Source: Camelus ferus
Lineage: Eukaryota
Reading direction: 5' to 3'
Length of the DNA: 64,000 nucleotides
NCBI RefSeq assembly: GCF_009834535.1
Contig: NC_045696.1
Span: 35,590,001 to 35,654,000 of the forward strand
The position numbers and the translations under genes are program-made. The notes beneath the pieces are model-generated. The model ran no database searches. It saw nothing but the letters and a program-made list of their open reading frames with translations, and was not told the origin of the DNA. Below, piece after piece: positions 51,305-64,000 of this stretch. Position 1 is the stretch's first letter; each line of letters starts with the position of its first letter.

Positions 51305-53299
51305 GTAACCACCGCTGTGAGCCCACTGCCAACCTTGCATGTTAATTACAAGCTTACAACCATGAGTAAGAATGCTGCTTGAGAGTGATTGCTCAGGTTC
51401 ACAGGACTAAGTACATTGCTATGAAAAGGGATATTTTCTGATTTCATGATGAAAGGCAGGCAGTAAATAAATGAAGGGGTATTTAATGGAATGTAGTGAT
51501 TTCAAAGGTGTCAGACTTACAGACCCAGAGACCACAGCCAACTCTTTATTTATTGAATTTCAGAGGCAGCAGCCGTGGCAGCTCAGTCTCCCCAGGCTGA
51601 TCGTGTGTCATTCTGTTTGGCTAAAAGGGGGTAACAGGATAAAAATGTGTCTTACTTTAAATTAGCCTACTAAGTGGAAACTTTGATTTGTAGAAAAAAG
51701 TAATTTTACAATCTTCTTTGGAATTTAAAAAATAGCACAAAATAAAATCATACAGGACATGTTTTACACAAATTCCATCACAACTATTTTGAGGGGATAG
51801 TTGAAATAATGTGAACTACTCCATTTTAATACTTGCCTGTAGTTGCCAGTCTTAAATTATTTGTATTGAAGCTTGTTTTCATATAGACATCTTTTTCTTC
51901 TACTTATTAACTTAACCATAAACTCATTAACATATAACACCTATGGAGTGATTATTTATAGCGGTTGCATATTTCCAATAAGATTATAGATATTTATAAA
52001 ATTACAGTATTTTATACATTTACACATAAACACATGGACATTCACAGTGTATATAGCATGCATTTGAATACAATTACTACTCAAAAGTAAAAATAAACAA
52101 TACTGTGCAATAGTTTTGCACAATCATCTCATTCTTCAATATTGTTCTAAAAACAAACACAAACTAGTTACGTTGATATGGGAAATGGAGTGAAAGACTG
52201 AAAAATGAGCTCTTTGAATTATGCAAACCATATCAGATTACATTTTCTGCAAGTACCATATATATGACTGATGCTTCTTTGTGCAAATATGCATATAATT
52301 TTCTGTTTCTTTTTCCGTGCACCAAAGCAGTATTTGGAACTCAAGCAGTATTTATTGTTCAAGCAGGCTAATCTGAGTAATTCACATATTATCTAAATAA
52401 AATGATAGTTTACTAAATCTTCTCTTCTAATTTTCTTAGTGTTGTATCCTAAAACTGACATGTGCAGGTACTTTGATAATATGAAACTAGCAATTTATAA
52501 AAGAAAACTAGAGTAGGTACTTCTCTTTTCACAATCTAAGACAAGAATATACACATTCACTGTTCATTTTTATGCAGCTAAAATTAATCCGCATTTGTAT
52601 CGAGGACTGTCATGTGTACGGTGAGCTTCATCAGCTGCTCCATGGTGTGGAGGGTTTCTGTCATGCTGGTTTTAATGTTGCCCCACAAGAGTGCACTGTT
52701 CTCCAGCACGGAAGCTGCAGTAGCATATGCAGCAAAGGACTTCGCACACTCAACTGGAGAATGTCATGAGAGGAGGAGAGCCCACTATGGTCAGCCAGCA
52801 TCCAGAAAACCAGACATTCACATTGTGACCTTGAAATTTGGGGCACTCTGCATTAGTAAAAGCTTATATACACGGATGTTACTGACAAAGCCAGATATCT
52901 AGGACACAGTGGGGTGAGGAAAAGCACACTCGTTAAAAATAATACCTGATCAATGAGATAAAGGGAAAGGCTGTTTGTACTGAATCACTTAATAATCCCT
53001 GAGACTCATTAAAATTAGGACAAATCCTCTATTTCCTTTCTCTCTTCAAACATATTTGTAAAAAAAAATTAGGCATATGCTCCATTTTCAAGGTTTTACA
53101 GCCAGTTCTCTCAATTGCCACATTAAGGGCTATACAGTTGTGCCCGTTTTTGTTCAGAAACACACGTATGTTCAGGGTTGGTTATCTTCTCCTGAAGGAG
53201 TGCAATATAATAGACATGCCTAATTCTGTCTGTCTGGCTAGCCTTTAAGTGATTTGTCATTATCAATACAGAATACGAAATCAAGATTTTGAAAGCTAT

Positions 53300-53460
53300 A
53301 AATTTTTAAACATTTTTTTGTAAAATGTTAAATATCTATGAAAATAGATGAAATTGTACAGCAGTGTAATGAACCTGCATGTACCCATTTCTACAACAAC
53401 TTCAGTAACGATCCACTCATAACCAGCTTTCTTTCATGTATACCCTTACCCACTTCCTAT
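53300..53460 (-). mobile_element. Old L1ME-type 3' fragment
   Basis: GTAATGAACCTGCATGTACCCAT..AACTTCAGTAACGATC resembles an antisense L1ME terminus. Confidence 0.55.
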
Positions 53461-55099
53461 ATCCTTTTAATTTTTAAAAGTTATATTGTCCACAAAAATG
53501 ATAATAATCATGTTAAACTGATTAGCAGCTATCTTCCATTGTTAAAAGGCTGAATCTTTCATTCAATGACAGAACTTTCCCAGTCAATTAAATATTCAGA
53601 AAGACTATATATGTGGAATATGTCTCTAATTTTATGTCACAAATTTTATACAAAGAAATACATACAATGGAAACTTTCATTTACGCATTGAATAATCAGA
53701 AGAATTGTACCCATATTGCAAATTACAAAATTAAAACTGAGCCATGAGTTAATTTTCTTAAGGTAGTAAATTTTTGTTAGTGAAGAATTTATAATGACTA
53801 AAATTCTTAAATTTATTCCTCGATCCAGCCATTATTTCAAAAATCAGATACTGAAAATTTCTGAAGGTAGAGAATACTTATTTAATTCCTGTTCTGTGCT
53901 AGGCATTCACATGATATTTAATTTTATTAGCCTTTTAAGTAGGTATTATTATCTCCATTTCACCAGAAAAAAAGCTGAAATTTTGAACAGCTCATGATCA
54001 CATAGTTATTAATTAGGAAACTGAAATTTGAGTCTTGTACTTTTCAACTGTAAATCTATACTAGACACTAATGATCATAATAGTGCCTTCTAAGACTTTT
54101 TAAAGGATTAATTGAGATAATTCATGTATACTGCTTAGCTAACACAGCAGCATTGTTCAATATATGTATTTTTAATTCTCCTCTTGTTATAACAGTGGAA
54201 GGAGAATGGGCTTTGAGGCTAGTGCAAAGGATCATTCTACTTACACACAAGTACATTTTCCTCTGTTTTAAATGAAATCAGTGAGAGTAAGAAATTTTAT
54301 TTTGAGCAATTATGCATTGTGTACCTTATATCAAAATACCGTTTACCCATTCTCATAAAGCATACTTTTTTCCAAAGAACAAATAAAAACTGATGCACTT
54401 ACTGAATTTTAAAAAATCAGGTAGTGTCTTCTCAAATGATCTTTTTGTAGCTGTACTTTTATTTAGAAATGACAGGATATAAATTTTTTTTCTTATAGAT
54501 GCAAAATTAATCAAATATGACCATGTAAAGCTTGGCCAGATGGAAAGATTGGGCATTGCATTTGCCCAGTCTTTGTTAATTTTTTCCAACACTATTCTTT
54601 TAAAAATAGTTATTATAAAGAGAATTGAATTAATATTTAACATTTCTATGTCTAGTGTAATGTATTTGTGACCATTTCTTAGGATTTATCAGAGTAAATA
54701 GTCACATTTGTAAATTTTGTGATTTTTAAATACTAGACTTACTGAAACACCATGTTCTGAATTTTGAAGGTAAATGACATGTCCCTATGTCCAGCTATCC
54801 CACTGAGCACAAAGGGAGAAACACAAATTGGCCCACTTGAAATTCTGCCTCTTGCCCTTGGTCTCCCTAGTGAGGTATATTCACAACATGCTTTCTCTTA
54901 CAAATACTCAGCCAATATGACAGCAGCCTTGTTATCACCATCATCATCACAACCATCTCTTCTTACATTCATGCAGAATTTGACATTTTAAAAGCACCTT
55001 TAGACTTATTCTTCAGTTTGATCTATCTCTTAAGAGGCAGACAGATAATTTATCCCTCTTAAGATGGATCTGAACTCAGAGAAGAAATAGTGACTTACG

Positions 55100-55335
55100 C
55101 TTAGATGGCACTTACTGTGAGTCTGGCACTGTTCTAAGTGCTTTAAATACTGTAGCTGCACAAAAAATCCTGTGATGTAGACACAATTAGTGTCTGTATG
55201 TTATAGATAAGGAGGCAAAGGCACAGAGAGGTTAAAATAGTAATTCAAAGTCACACAGATAGTAAGTGACGGAGGCAGAATTAGACCCTACACAGTCAGG
55301 CTCCAGAATCTATGCTCTGCCCCACCGTTCTGTAC
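55100..55335 (-). mobile_element. MIR SINE, near full length
   Basis: GGCACTGTTCTAAGTGCTTTA..TTATAGATAAGGAGGCAAAGGCACAGAGAGGTTAA..GTCACACAGATAGTAAGTGACGGAG..CAGTCAGGCTCCAGAATC. Confidence 0.88.
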
Positions 55336-57136
55336 TGTCTGCCTGTAAACTGACAACTGGCTTGTCACTTAGAATAAATGGTCCTGACATCCAAATGTAA
55401 AACACCATCCTTACACCACATTGATCATGATAATGACAGAACTTTTTTTCAGAAAATGAAAATTCATTATGGATCCTTCCTTATGATTAACCCAAACTTT
55501 ATCATATCTTCTCCTCCTAATCCTCACACATCTACAATGACACTTTTTCCTTCAATTAAAAAAGATCATTGAACATTTCTTAAGTTCTGCCCCTAATCCT
55601 CCCTATAATTCTAAAAAAATAACACTCTAGCTGCAGATATTACTGTCTTCTGTACATTTCCTTGAAGGGAAGAAATTAGATCTGCCTTTATTACCATTAT
55701 CTCTGTGTGTTGTTCATACTATCTGTCGTACTGTTGCCAATTGGTGAGTATTTATTAAATAAATGTATAAATAATGGCTTTTGGACCTTAAATGACTTTG
55801 ACAAGTTATGGTGTAAGTTGTTGTTTTGAAAATAGTGGCAAGACAGGATTCCTGAGAAAGGATCAAGTCCAGGGGAGTTTAGGACTTCCTGGAGAGAAAA
55901 CCAGTCATTTGTCATGATGCAGTTGGTGAATCAGTAGGACAACCTGCTGCTTTTGTGGGCTGAAGGACTTAACTTGGACAAAAAATAGAGAAGCAGCATC
56001 TCACTTCTTGGCACCTTCTCTCTGGCTGACCTGTGAGGCATGGACTTGTACCAAAACTCAGAGTGAGAGGGTTGGACCAAGACTGTTTTTCCATTCCATA
56101 GAGAGCCTAAAAATTGATCACGTAATTTTTCTTTTCAGAAAAATCTCTCATTTGCTATTAAATGAGAGATTTTTTAAATGTTGTACAAAATCCATCTAGT
56201 AATCCACACAAGATTAGAATTTCTTCTATGATCTAGGAGCATTCTATATGTGGCACTACTCTGTGACAATCACGATGGCAGCAGTGGAGACAGAAAAGAA
56301 TGTGAAGGGTCTCTGCTCTTGGAAGCTCAAAATCAAAGAGTTGTGGGCAAATCTTCCCAAACACCATGTACATGAAGATGGCGCCCAAACTAGTTCTAGG
56401 CAGTATTTTATCATTGAATTAGAATATGTAAAAGTCAGCAACGCTCCATATTCAACAAATTCTGATTAACTGTGCATTTAAGACAACTTTTTTTATTGAA
56501 GCCATTGGATGTAAGAAAATATTTCTACAATGATTCTATAAATAAGATTTGATACTGTTGGATTATTGTGTTCCTTTCAGAATCCCAGAGAACTTTACAA
56601 TTAGTATGTCCATAATGCAACATACACTACTCCAGTAAAATGAATCGATAGTGTATGCTTTTATTCTCATTTTCAGAGAGCCAGAATACATAGCTTATTG
56701 GCCCTCTTGGTAAAAACAGAAACAGTGAGAAATGACTGAAATTTTATCCAGTGCTTGACTCATTATATCAGGGCTAGTCTGTTGATTAGCCCCAGGAAAT
56801 GGTAGCTATAAGAGCAAGAAGTAAAAAGTCTAAAAGATATAGCTCTCAGCTTCCCTCTTTTTCTTTCATGTTTCATTATTCACAGTGAAGTGCGTCAAAA
56901 TGCATGCAGCTTATCACAAGGTCCCTTTTCCAGCCAGGGTGTGTATTTCCTGAGGTTTCTTAGGGAGTCTCAAATTACCACCATCCAAAATAATTTGGAG
57001 GCCTACAGTGTACATCTTGCAGGTCAACAGTGTAAACACTTTGAATGGAATTGTTGAGAGGAAATAGTTGGTCCGTATTGATGACTTTTTAAGAATTCCT
57101 TACCTTGTCTTGTTTTGATCTTCTGCATCCTAACAG

Positions 57137-57322
57137 GTGAATTTGGAGAGGTGTGCAGTGGTCGCTTAAAACTTCCTTCAAAAAAAGAGATTTCAGTGGC
57201 CATCAAGACCCTGAAAGTGGGCTACACAGACAAGCAGAGGAGAGACTTCTTAGGAGAAGCAAGCATTATGGGACAATTTGACCATCCCAATATCATTCGC
57301 CTGGAGGGAGTTGTTACTAAAA
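57137..57322 (+). CDS. EPHA3: EPH receptor A3, coding exon 11 (186 nt; kinase N-lobe)
   Basis: taacag|GT...AAA A|gtaagt. Translates (G)[61 protein letters not shown]. The GxGxxG loop spans the exon 10/11 junction; the VAIK lysine is at 57205-57207. Confidence 0.97.
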
Positions 57323-60300
57323 GTAAGTAAAATCGTAAGACAGATTTTGTGTCTGTTAAGTCGAGGTTGTTTAAACCCAAAGTCAATAATTTAAGAATTT
57401 TGATCTTTTTTTCATTATCACCTGATAGTCCTGACCACCCCACACACACCACCACCAAAATGTTTAGGATTAACATGTATTTCTTTGACAAGAGGTCAAA
57501 GATATTTAACTAGTATTAGGTTGACAGTGCTATCCTAGATCTTAAAAAGCTTAAAAGATTTAGGAGCTAATCATTGGACTATATTAAGACATGCTGATTA
57601 AAAATAGTTAAGTGAATTGTGTGGAACTCTCTGTTACGTGAGTAGCAAGGAAAAACGATGACTCAATTTTGACAGAAATTGCTGGGAACTCCCAGCTAGC
57701 TGCCTTTTCTTTCATTGTTCACCAGTTTTATTTAAGCTTCCAAATCTTTACCCTCTTGGCTTTAGAAAAATTATGGGAGTTTGGGGACTGCTTCTGAGCT
57801 GTAAAGATTGGGATCACATTAGACCCAAGCCCTTTGCTCAGGTCTCTGTGGATTTCAAATAAGTCTGATCTAGAGTCCCAGCTGGATTCTTGACTGCTCT
57901 GGGGAAGCTCTGGCTCACAGCCTGTGGAAGAGAGCTGAACTTATTTCCATGATGGTTTCTCCAGCCAGGCTCAGAAGGCATCCCGTGAGGCAGATATGTG
58001 ATTTTTGGCTCCAGTCCCAATGAAAACCTCTTGAGAATGCTCTGGGATTTGTTTTTTTCTCAAGGTTTTGGACCACAGGATGAAGAATAAGCTAAATTGG
58101 CAGCAAACTTCCTAGAGTGAAAGACAGCATATGGCAGGGAATTTGGCATCCTTTAGGGGATAATTCATTGGCACCACATTTACATATTCTATGGTTACCA
58201 ACAGACATTACACATTAAATTCTTCACAATGATGTTTTTCTTTAACATTACATGGAGCACTTTCCAAATGGCACAATATCTATTCTCATTTTAGTGTGAC
58301 TAGAAAGGCAATTCCTTACTACAAGAGCATGGTATAATTGAAATAATACTTGGATTTCCTTTAGAGTTTTTTAATATAATAAATGAGGTTAAGAACTTAA
58401 CAATGTAGAAGAACTTAACCATAAAGTGTAAGTCCATATTAAGTCTTGTAAAGCATATTTTTTCCCTCTGTACTTCTAAAAATTAGGCCATGTTAGTAGT
58501 AACACTAAAATATTTTCTGATGAAAAATATCTTTTTAGCTTTTAAAAATTAATCATAAAAACATTGTTAGTAGTACTAAGGATTGGAGGTGTAAGTATGT
58601 GTTCCTTCAGTGCAAGATCATATTTATAGAATATCCTACTTAATGTCCATAGAATTATAGAATGATGTCTCACTAGGGTTTTAATAGTCAATTAACCATT
58701 GATTCTTATGCATGTCATCCTTACTGAGTGGTTGTCCTTCAGATCTTGAGCCCGACTGGGAGAGGAAACTCATTCATACTTGTGTATCTTTTCTTCTTTA
58801 AATTCCCGAATTTCAAGAGTTCTTCTTTTTTAGTTGACCAAGCATTGCATTATAAACATTATTTATTCTTATTACTACCCTGTGAATTAGATATGGTGAT
58901 TCCATTTTACATTTGAGCAAACAGTAACCTTAGATAAAAGCAAGTCGTGTGTCCAAGTAGGAAGTACTGGAGATGGCACTGGAACCAGTCTGTTGCTTTC
59001 ACCTCTGTCCCCAACCCTGGACAAAATAGGCTTTCTTCTTTTTATGTTTGTATTCTATTAATTCTTTTGTATCTTGAATTTTTATCTTCCCTAATAATGA
59101 TCATCCATCAAGCTTCAAACATTTTCTGGAGATAATAACCCTTAACACCTAAAACAAAATGTGAACTCTCATTAGGGGCAAGAAACCATGCTATTTGATA
59201 ATCAGTGACTAAACAGAACCTGGATCAAAGGAGGTGCTGGATTTACCAATGTTAATGAATACAAAACTGATGGGTTAGTTGATTGAATATGAATAAGACA
59301 ACAGTGTCTTGTATGAATAGTTCTCTCTTTGGTGTTGGTTCATTAAACTGAATGCACATTTCAAAGCAGTGCAGTTGTGTGACTGATTGCATCACGTAGG
59401 GAGTGGTGGAGAAAGTGATTGCACTTTAGTGTGTACAGAATTACCACCTAACTTCTTCTACCCTCACGACTAGGAAAAAATGAGACAGCAGTGTCTATCG
59501 AACTAAATATTAGGTTTAGATTTAAGCTGACTGATAGTCTATCATCGTTTATCAAACATGAGTTGAGTTTCTTGTTTCCAGTGTTATGAGTCATTGAAAA
59601 CAACTTGTTTTACTTTGCTAGCTGTTTCCCATAAAATTATTTACTGATTGACAGGCAATATTAAACCATAATTATTGTGGCAGATTTTTTTAGATATAAA
59701 TGTGCAATAATTGATATGAATTATGGTCACTTGGCAAAGAAATCCATAAAACAGACCCCAAAACCAAAATGCAGGAAAAAATGCACTAAGAAATAAATGA
59801 CCTTTAAAAATCGCAGGTATTATGCAGTAAATGTCCTGTTCAAGGCCGAATCTGTAACATTCTAGTATGGATTACAACTGCCTTATTCTTAGAGTGAAAG
59901 TTCTAAATTTGATGTATCTTCCTGGTCAAGTAATCATGTAAGAGACTGCCAAATCTGACTATATAAATCCCAGCCATCTCATATATCGCAAACATAATAG
60001 GGTAGCAGGCCTAGAATTAGATTCTGAACTCCTTTAGTGGCATATTTAAAAGCTTGAAGTCTCGCACCCTGTTACATCTGAGATGAACTAGAAATGCATC
60101 AGAATACAGTTACTGTGTTGCATTTAAGATATAAATAAGGCAAATTTGTCACCAGAAGGAGTTAGTTAATCAACTTCTATTATTTTCTTTGTTTTCTGAG
60201 ACTCTGTGACTACTAAGACAATCTCCTGGCAGCGTTCAGAGACATACACACACATGCACACAATCAGAGTTGTGAGGTACGGAGCTGGTGAACGAATTGT

Positions 60301-63300
60301 AATGAAAGAAGAAAAGAGAGCATACTGGCACTTGGATTACGAATCAAAGGTTCAGAGATCAAATTCTGACTCAGCTCTACCGGCTGGGAGATGTCTGGCA
60401 AATCAGAACACTGCCAGAGACTCACTTTGTCCACTTGTAACATGGAATTAGCAGTTCTGCTTGACTATTTCCACATCCTTGTAAGATCAAATAAGATTCC
60501 ATAGGAATACATTGTTAGGTGGACTAGAACTATGCAAATACAAATTACCACTTCTGGTTGAGTTTGAGAAGATTTTACCACTTAATCTGGGGATATAGAA
60601 GAAAATTCTTCTGAACAATTCCTTTTTTGCTCAAAGATAATTTTAAAATTATTGCTATTAATTATGTGCTCTGAAAAACTAGGTCTATTATAATGTATCA
60701 TTTTCAAGTTAGGGAAAGCCTTTTCTTCAGTCATTATATTTTCATTTATTTGAATTGAGCCATAAACAATTTTAATGGTATGTTTTAAGCCTGATGGTCT
60801 TAAACAAGAGAAGGTGAGAGAGTCTCTGATCTTCAAAGTAGCAGAAAGCTGGGGGCACAGTCCTACTCAGAACTTGGTACTAACATGTGTTATCAATTTT
60901 AGCTGAAGTACAAAAAGTTGGAACCTGTTTTTAGCAAATGTTTGATATTTCTGCCATCACACTATTAGTCAAAGGATGTTCCAGCTTCATCCAAGAAGAC
61001 TTTCCATTGGTCACTTTTCACCTAGTGAAATAGAAGGAATTATATTGGATGGGATTGATATGCTTTTTGTTGTTATTTAGGGATGGATTTTTTTTTAATT
61101 AAAAAAATAATAAATGCAATTTAACTGTAACCTTGTATTATTAAGGAAAGTCATGGGCAGAATTTTTAGAGGATTTCTCATACTGAAAGCATTTCTGTAT
61201 TGGTGTGAGTGTCCACTGTACACCAAAAGATAATCATTTGCTTACATTTCCTGCACATATGGTGTGGAAATCTTACTGGAATAAGTCATTTTTTTAGTGA
61301 ACAATGTCAAATTAGTTCTATTTCTTGTTTGCCTTTCTCTAAAACATTTCTTCTGCACTTGTCTCAAGGGTACTGCACTCTATGTCATATTTTTAATGGG
61401 CAATATATGTTATATATATTTTATTAATTTATAAAAATAGTTTATGATAGATTTTAGAAACTCTGATGAAACAAGTTATCATGCATTCATGACTGTATTT
61501 TGATAAATGAGTTGAAAACTCTTAAGTTCCCTTATCGACCAAACTAGGAAAATCTCTACTCAATAAACTAAAGGAAAAAAATAAGGCAGGGAATGCTATT
61601 TTTACATGTATAAAAAACTTTCCTTGTTTCCTCAACATTGTCCACTCACTTTTCTTTGTTGAATTGGCCACAGTTGAGTTACAAAAGAATGTGTTGCTGT
61701 GTATTCCCCCCAGTCATTTAGATAAGATAGGTTTTGATATTTTTGAAAAATTAAATTCAGTTTACAAAATTTGTTAGTGCATGAGTTGTATGTGTCCAAA
61801 GATTGCCTCTCATAGAGCGCTGCTTTAAATCTGCGATAACTCTCCTAAAGGAAGGAAAATACACCCTTGTTTCCTAATTGTCTAAGTAATTTTGGTCTTA
61901 CACAAACTCTTGCAAAGAGGGAGAATAAGAAACACCCCTACCTCATAAAGCTAGTGATACCTTGATATCAAACCATACAAGAGCATCATCAGAAAGGAAA
62001 ATAAAAGATGAGTATAGCACATGAGCAAAAATTCAGTATCACTGTAATAATTATGAAACCATGACTAGCAATGCTTTAAAAAAACATACTATATCATGGT
62101 CAAGTTTAGTTTATTTCAAGAATGCAAAGTTGGTTTAATATTTAATCATTCAAGAAATCCACAAAATTAATAGATAGAAAAGAAAATCAACCTCAATAGA
62201 TGTAAAAAATAAATATTTTAATTTAAATTTATTAACACATCATGCCTAGAAAATATGTATACCTGACAAATGTATATAAACACCCCCAAAACTAAAACAA
62301 ACAAGCCTGCAAACATCATACTCAGGAGTGAAACCAAGAAGGCATTTCTTTTAAAGTAGAAACTAGGAGTCTGCTGTTACCATTTCAATTCATCATTAGA
62401 CCTAATGTCTTAAGTTTTGAAATTAGACAAGAAAATAAATAAAAATGTAGAAAGTTTGAAAAGGAAAAATAACTAAGCTGTCCTTATAAAATCATACTGG
62501 GCACATTCGAGTATTATTCTCAATAGAGTAAAGAAGAGTAGAAATATTGTTCCTATCTTTTAAGGTATTAAATTTTGTTTCAAATTAAGCGTAAATAAAT
62601 TTTAAACTTTTAAAGTCAACTGCATATAAAGTATTCCCTGTGCTGAGATTCATAGAGTAGGGTTGGTTAAAAAAGGGTTGGAGAAAGCACTTCTGAGGCT
62701 GATTCGAAGAGAGAGAGCGTCCCTAGCCAGCCTGTGACAGTAGGCGCAACACGGCCGGTTCTCACTGGCGGTCTCTTAGGTGCTGGACTTAGAACTATAG
62801 ACAAAATAGGTTGACTCCTGTTGTTATTAACTCATTGGCTAGTGGACGGAAGAGGGATCGTTCTTAACATAAATAATGTCTTGATTAAAATGGAATTTGC
62901 AAAAGATTGCCCTGTATGTTTATATGATTTAATGGGAAACCTGCTGTAAAATACTCTAATTCAGTTTATTCCAGTATTTCTCTGTCTCAGTTATAGCACA
63001 TGGTAATCTATAACTGAAACATTTTCTTTCTAATCCGAAGTGATTCAAATCTTCTTTCCTGAGAACAGTAAGGCATATTTTGTCAATTTTATTCCATTTT
63101 CCTTCTCCTGTTTATGCTTTTTTTGCTTCCACTCTGATTGTGATTACATGATACCAATAATGAATACTTGCTGCCAAGGTCAAAGGTTTCAATTTTATAA
63201 ATCACACTCGTGTATTAGAGTGTGTGTGTCTTGAAAATAAGGCAGTTTATAAGACAAAATTACCTTTAATAGGAGTTAATAGCATTTCCTTTGGAAATGA

Positions 63301-64000
63301 GTTAAATTTCAATAATTTGTAGCATTTAAATCTTTGATAAATAACTTAGGCTTGAATGAAAACATTTTCATCTAAGGCCAACATTTATTTGATAATTGCA
63401 ATACAGATTCCAAGCATGGCTATATGTTTGTCACATTAACCCACCCTCTTATTTTAATAGAAAATGTGGGTAAGAAGGTTATGGTGAAACAGAGTGCAGA
63501 ACCTGAAATTCTTAGACATTTTGAATCACATGTCTTCTGTCAGCAAATAAAATGATTAGTAGTATCTCTGAGCCACTGGGGAAATTAACTGATTGTAAGA
63601 GACTGGTGTGCTTCCCTTAACCCTTTAATTATGAAAGATCATGATGTTATCTATACTCATAAGTCAATATAAGAACAAAAGCAAAACTCCACTGCACATT
63701 TTGTTTTGCCGATTTTTGATGGACTTTCATTTTGCCCAAACAACAATAATTTCATTGATTTCAGTTTGTATAAGCAGATGTATTTAAGGATCTCTGAGGA
63801 CAGTGAATAATATAGGCCCTTAAAAAAGCTGGTAATGTCATTTCTAATTCAAAATACACAGGAAAGAGCACGCGAGACTTCGACAGGAATGCACTGCATC
63901 CTGTGCAGATGAGATGGAATTTTATAAATGATTTCCAACCACATTCAATACATGTTAGAACTAGTTCTCGCCACTGTTGCGAAGTCTCTTTTCCTTTAAC
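57323..64000 (+). other. EPHA3: EPHA3 intron 11 (5' part)
   Basis: GTAAGT donor. The next expected exon (KPVMIVTEYMENG...) was not found in the window. Confidence 0.8.
61880..62470 (+). mobile_element. Highly degraded old L1 ORF2 (RT region) fragment
   Basis: CACAAACTCTT..ACCTTGATATCAAACCA..CATGGTCAAGT..TTTATTTCAAGAATGCAAAGTTGGTTTAATAT..CTCAATAGATG..CAAACATCATACTCA..AATTAGACAAGAAAATAAATAAAA follows L1 ORF2 order; no open frame. Confidence 0.75.

Noticed and set aside
55028..55064. 10-bp inverted repeat TCTTAAGAGG...CCTCTTAAGA
   Set aside because: It is short, partly self-palindromic and within MIR-like sequence, so chance or local slippage explains it.
57115..57330. ORF-track 71-aa kinase mini-protein
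   Set aside because: It is exon 11 plus intronic flanks. The terminal SK-stop is just the GTAAGTAA donor read in frame.
364..63234. The many 60-118 aa ORFs in the supplied track as independent genes
   Set aside because: Apart from those overlapping EPHA3 exons (34053, 36884, 57115), they are low-complexity, lie in repeats or are antisense shadows of exons. None has a recognisable domain.
1..64000. CRISPR array, operon, prophage or other prokaryotic system
   Set aside because: The sequence is spliced mammalian genomic DNA with eutherian repeats. No repeat-spacer arrays or dense ORFs are present.

Overview
This AT-rich, repeat-rich mammalian genomic window has no prokaryotic features. It lies inside one plus-strand gene, the receptor tyrosine kinase EPHA3. 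Six coding exons (6-11 by human numbering, recalled from memory) are present: 34039-34163, 36959-37121, 44266-44368, 45064-45128, 51179-51304 and 57137-57322. All have AG/GT ends and compatible phases, totalling 768 nt. They encode the second fibronectin type III domain, the transmembrane helix, the juxtamembrane tyrosines and the kinase N-lobe. The first 34 kb and last 6.7 kb are intronic. A tRNA-Ala-derived vic-1-like SINE points to a camelid (camel, alpaca or llama). The other sequence is L1, L2, MIR, ERV solo LTRs, hAT/Tigger MITEs and microsatellites. I found no convincing new biological system. The best leads are: the intron-7 read-through (secreted EphA3) frame with a 24-aa tail, longer than I recall for human; a lineage-specific SINE beside its putative polyA site; a NAGNAG acceptor; an intronic hairpin; a CpG-rich old LTR; and a possible ancient LINE RT remnant. 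Repeat family names come from recalled consensus sequences and need RepeatMasker/Dfam confirmation.
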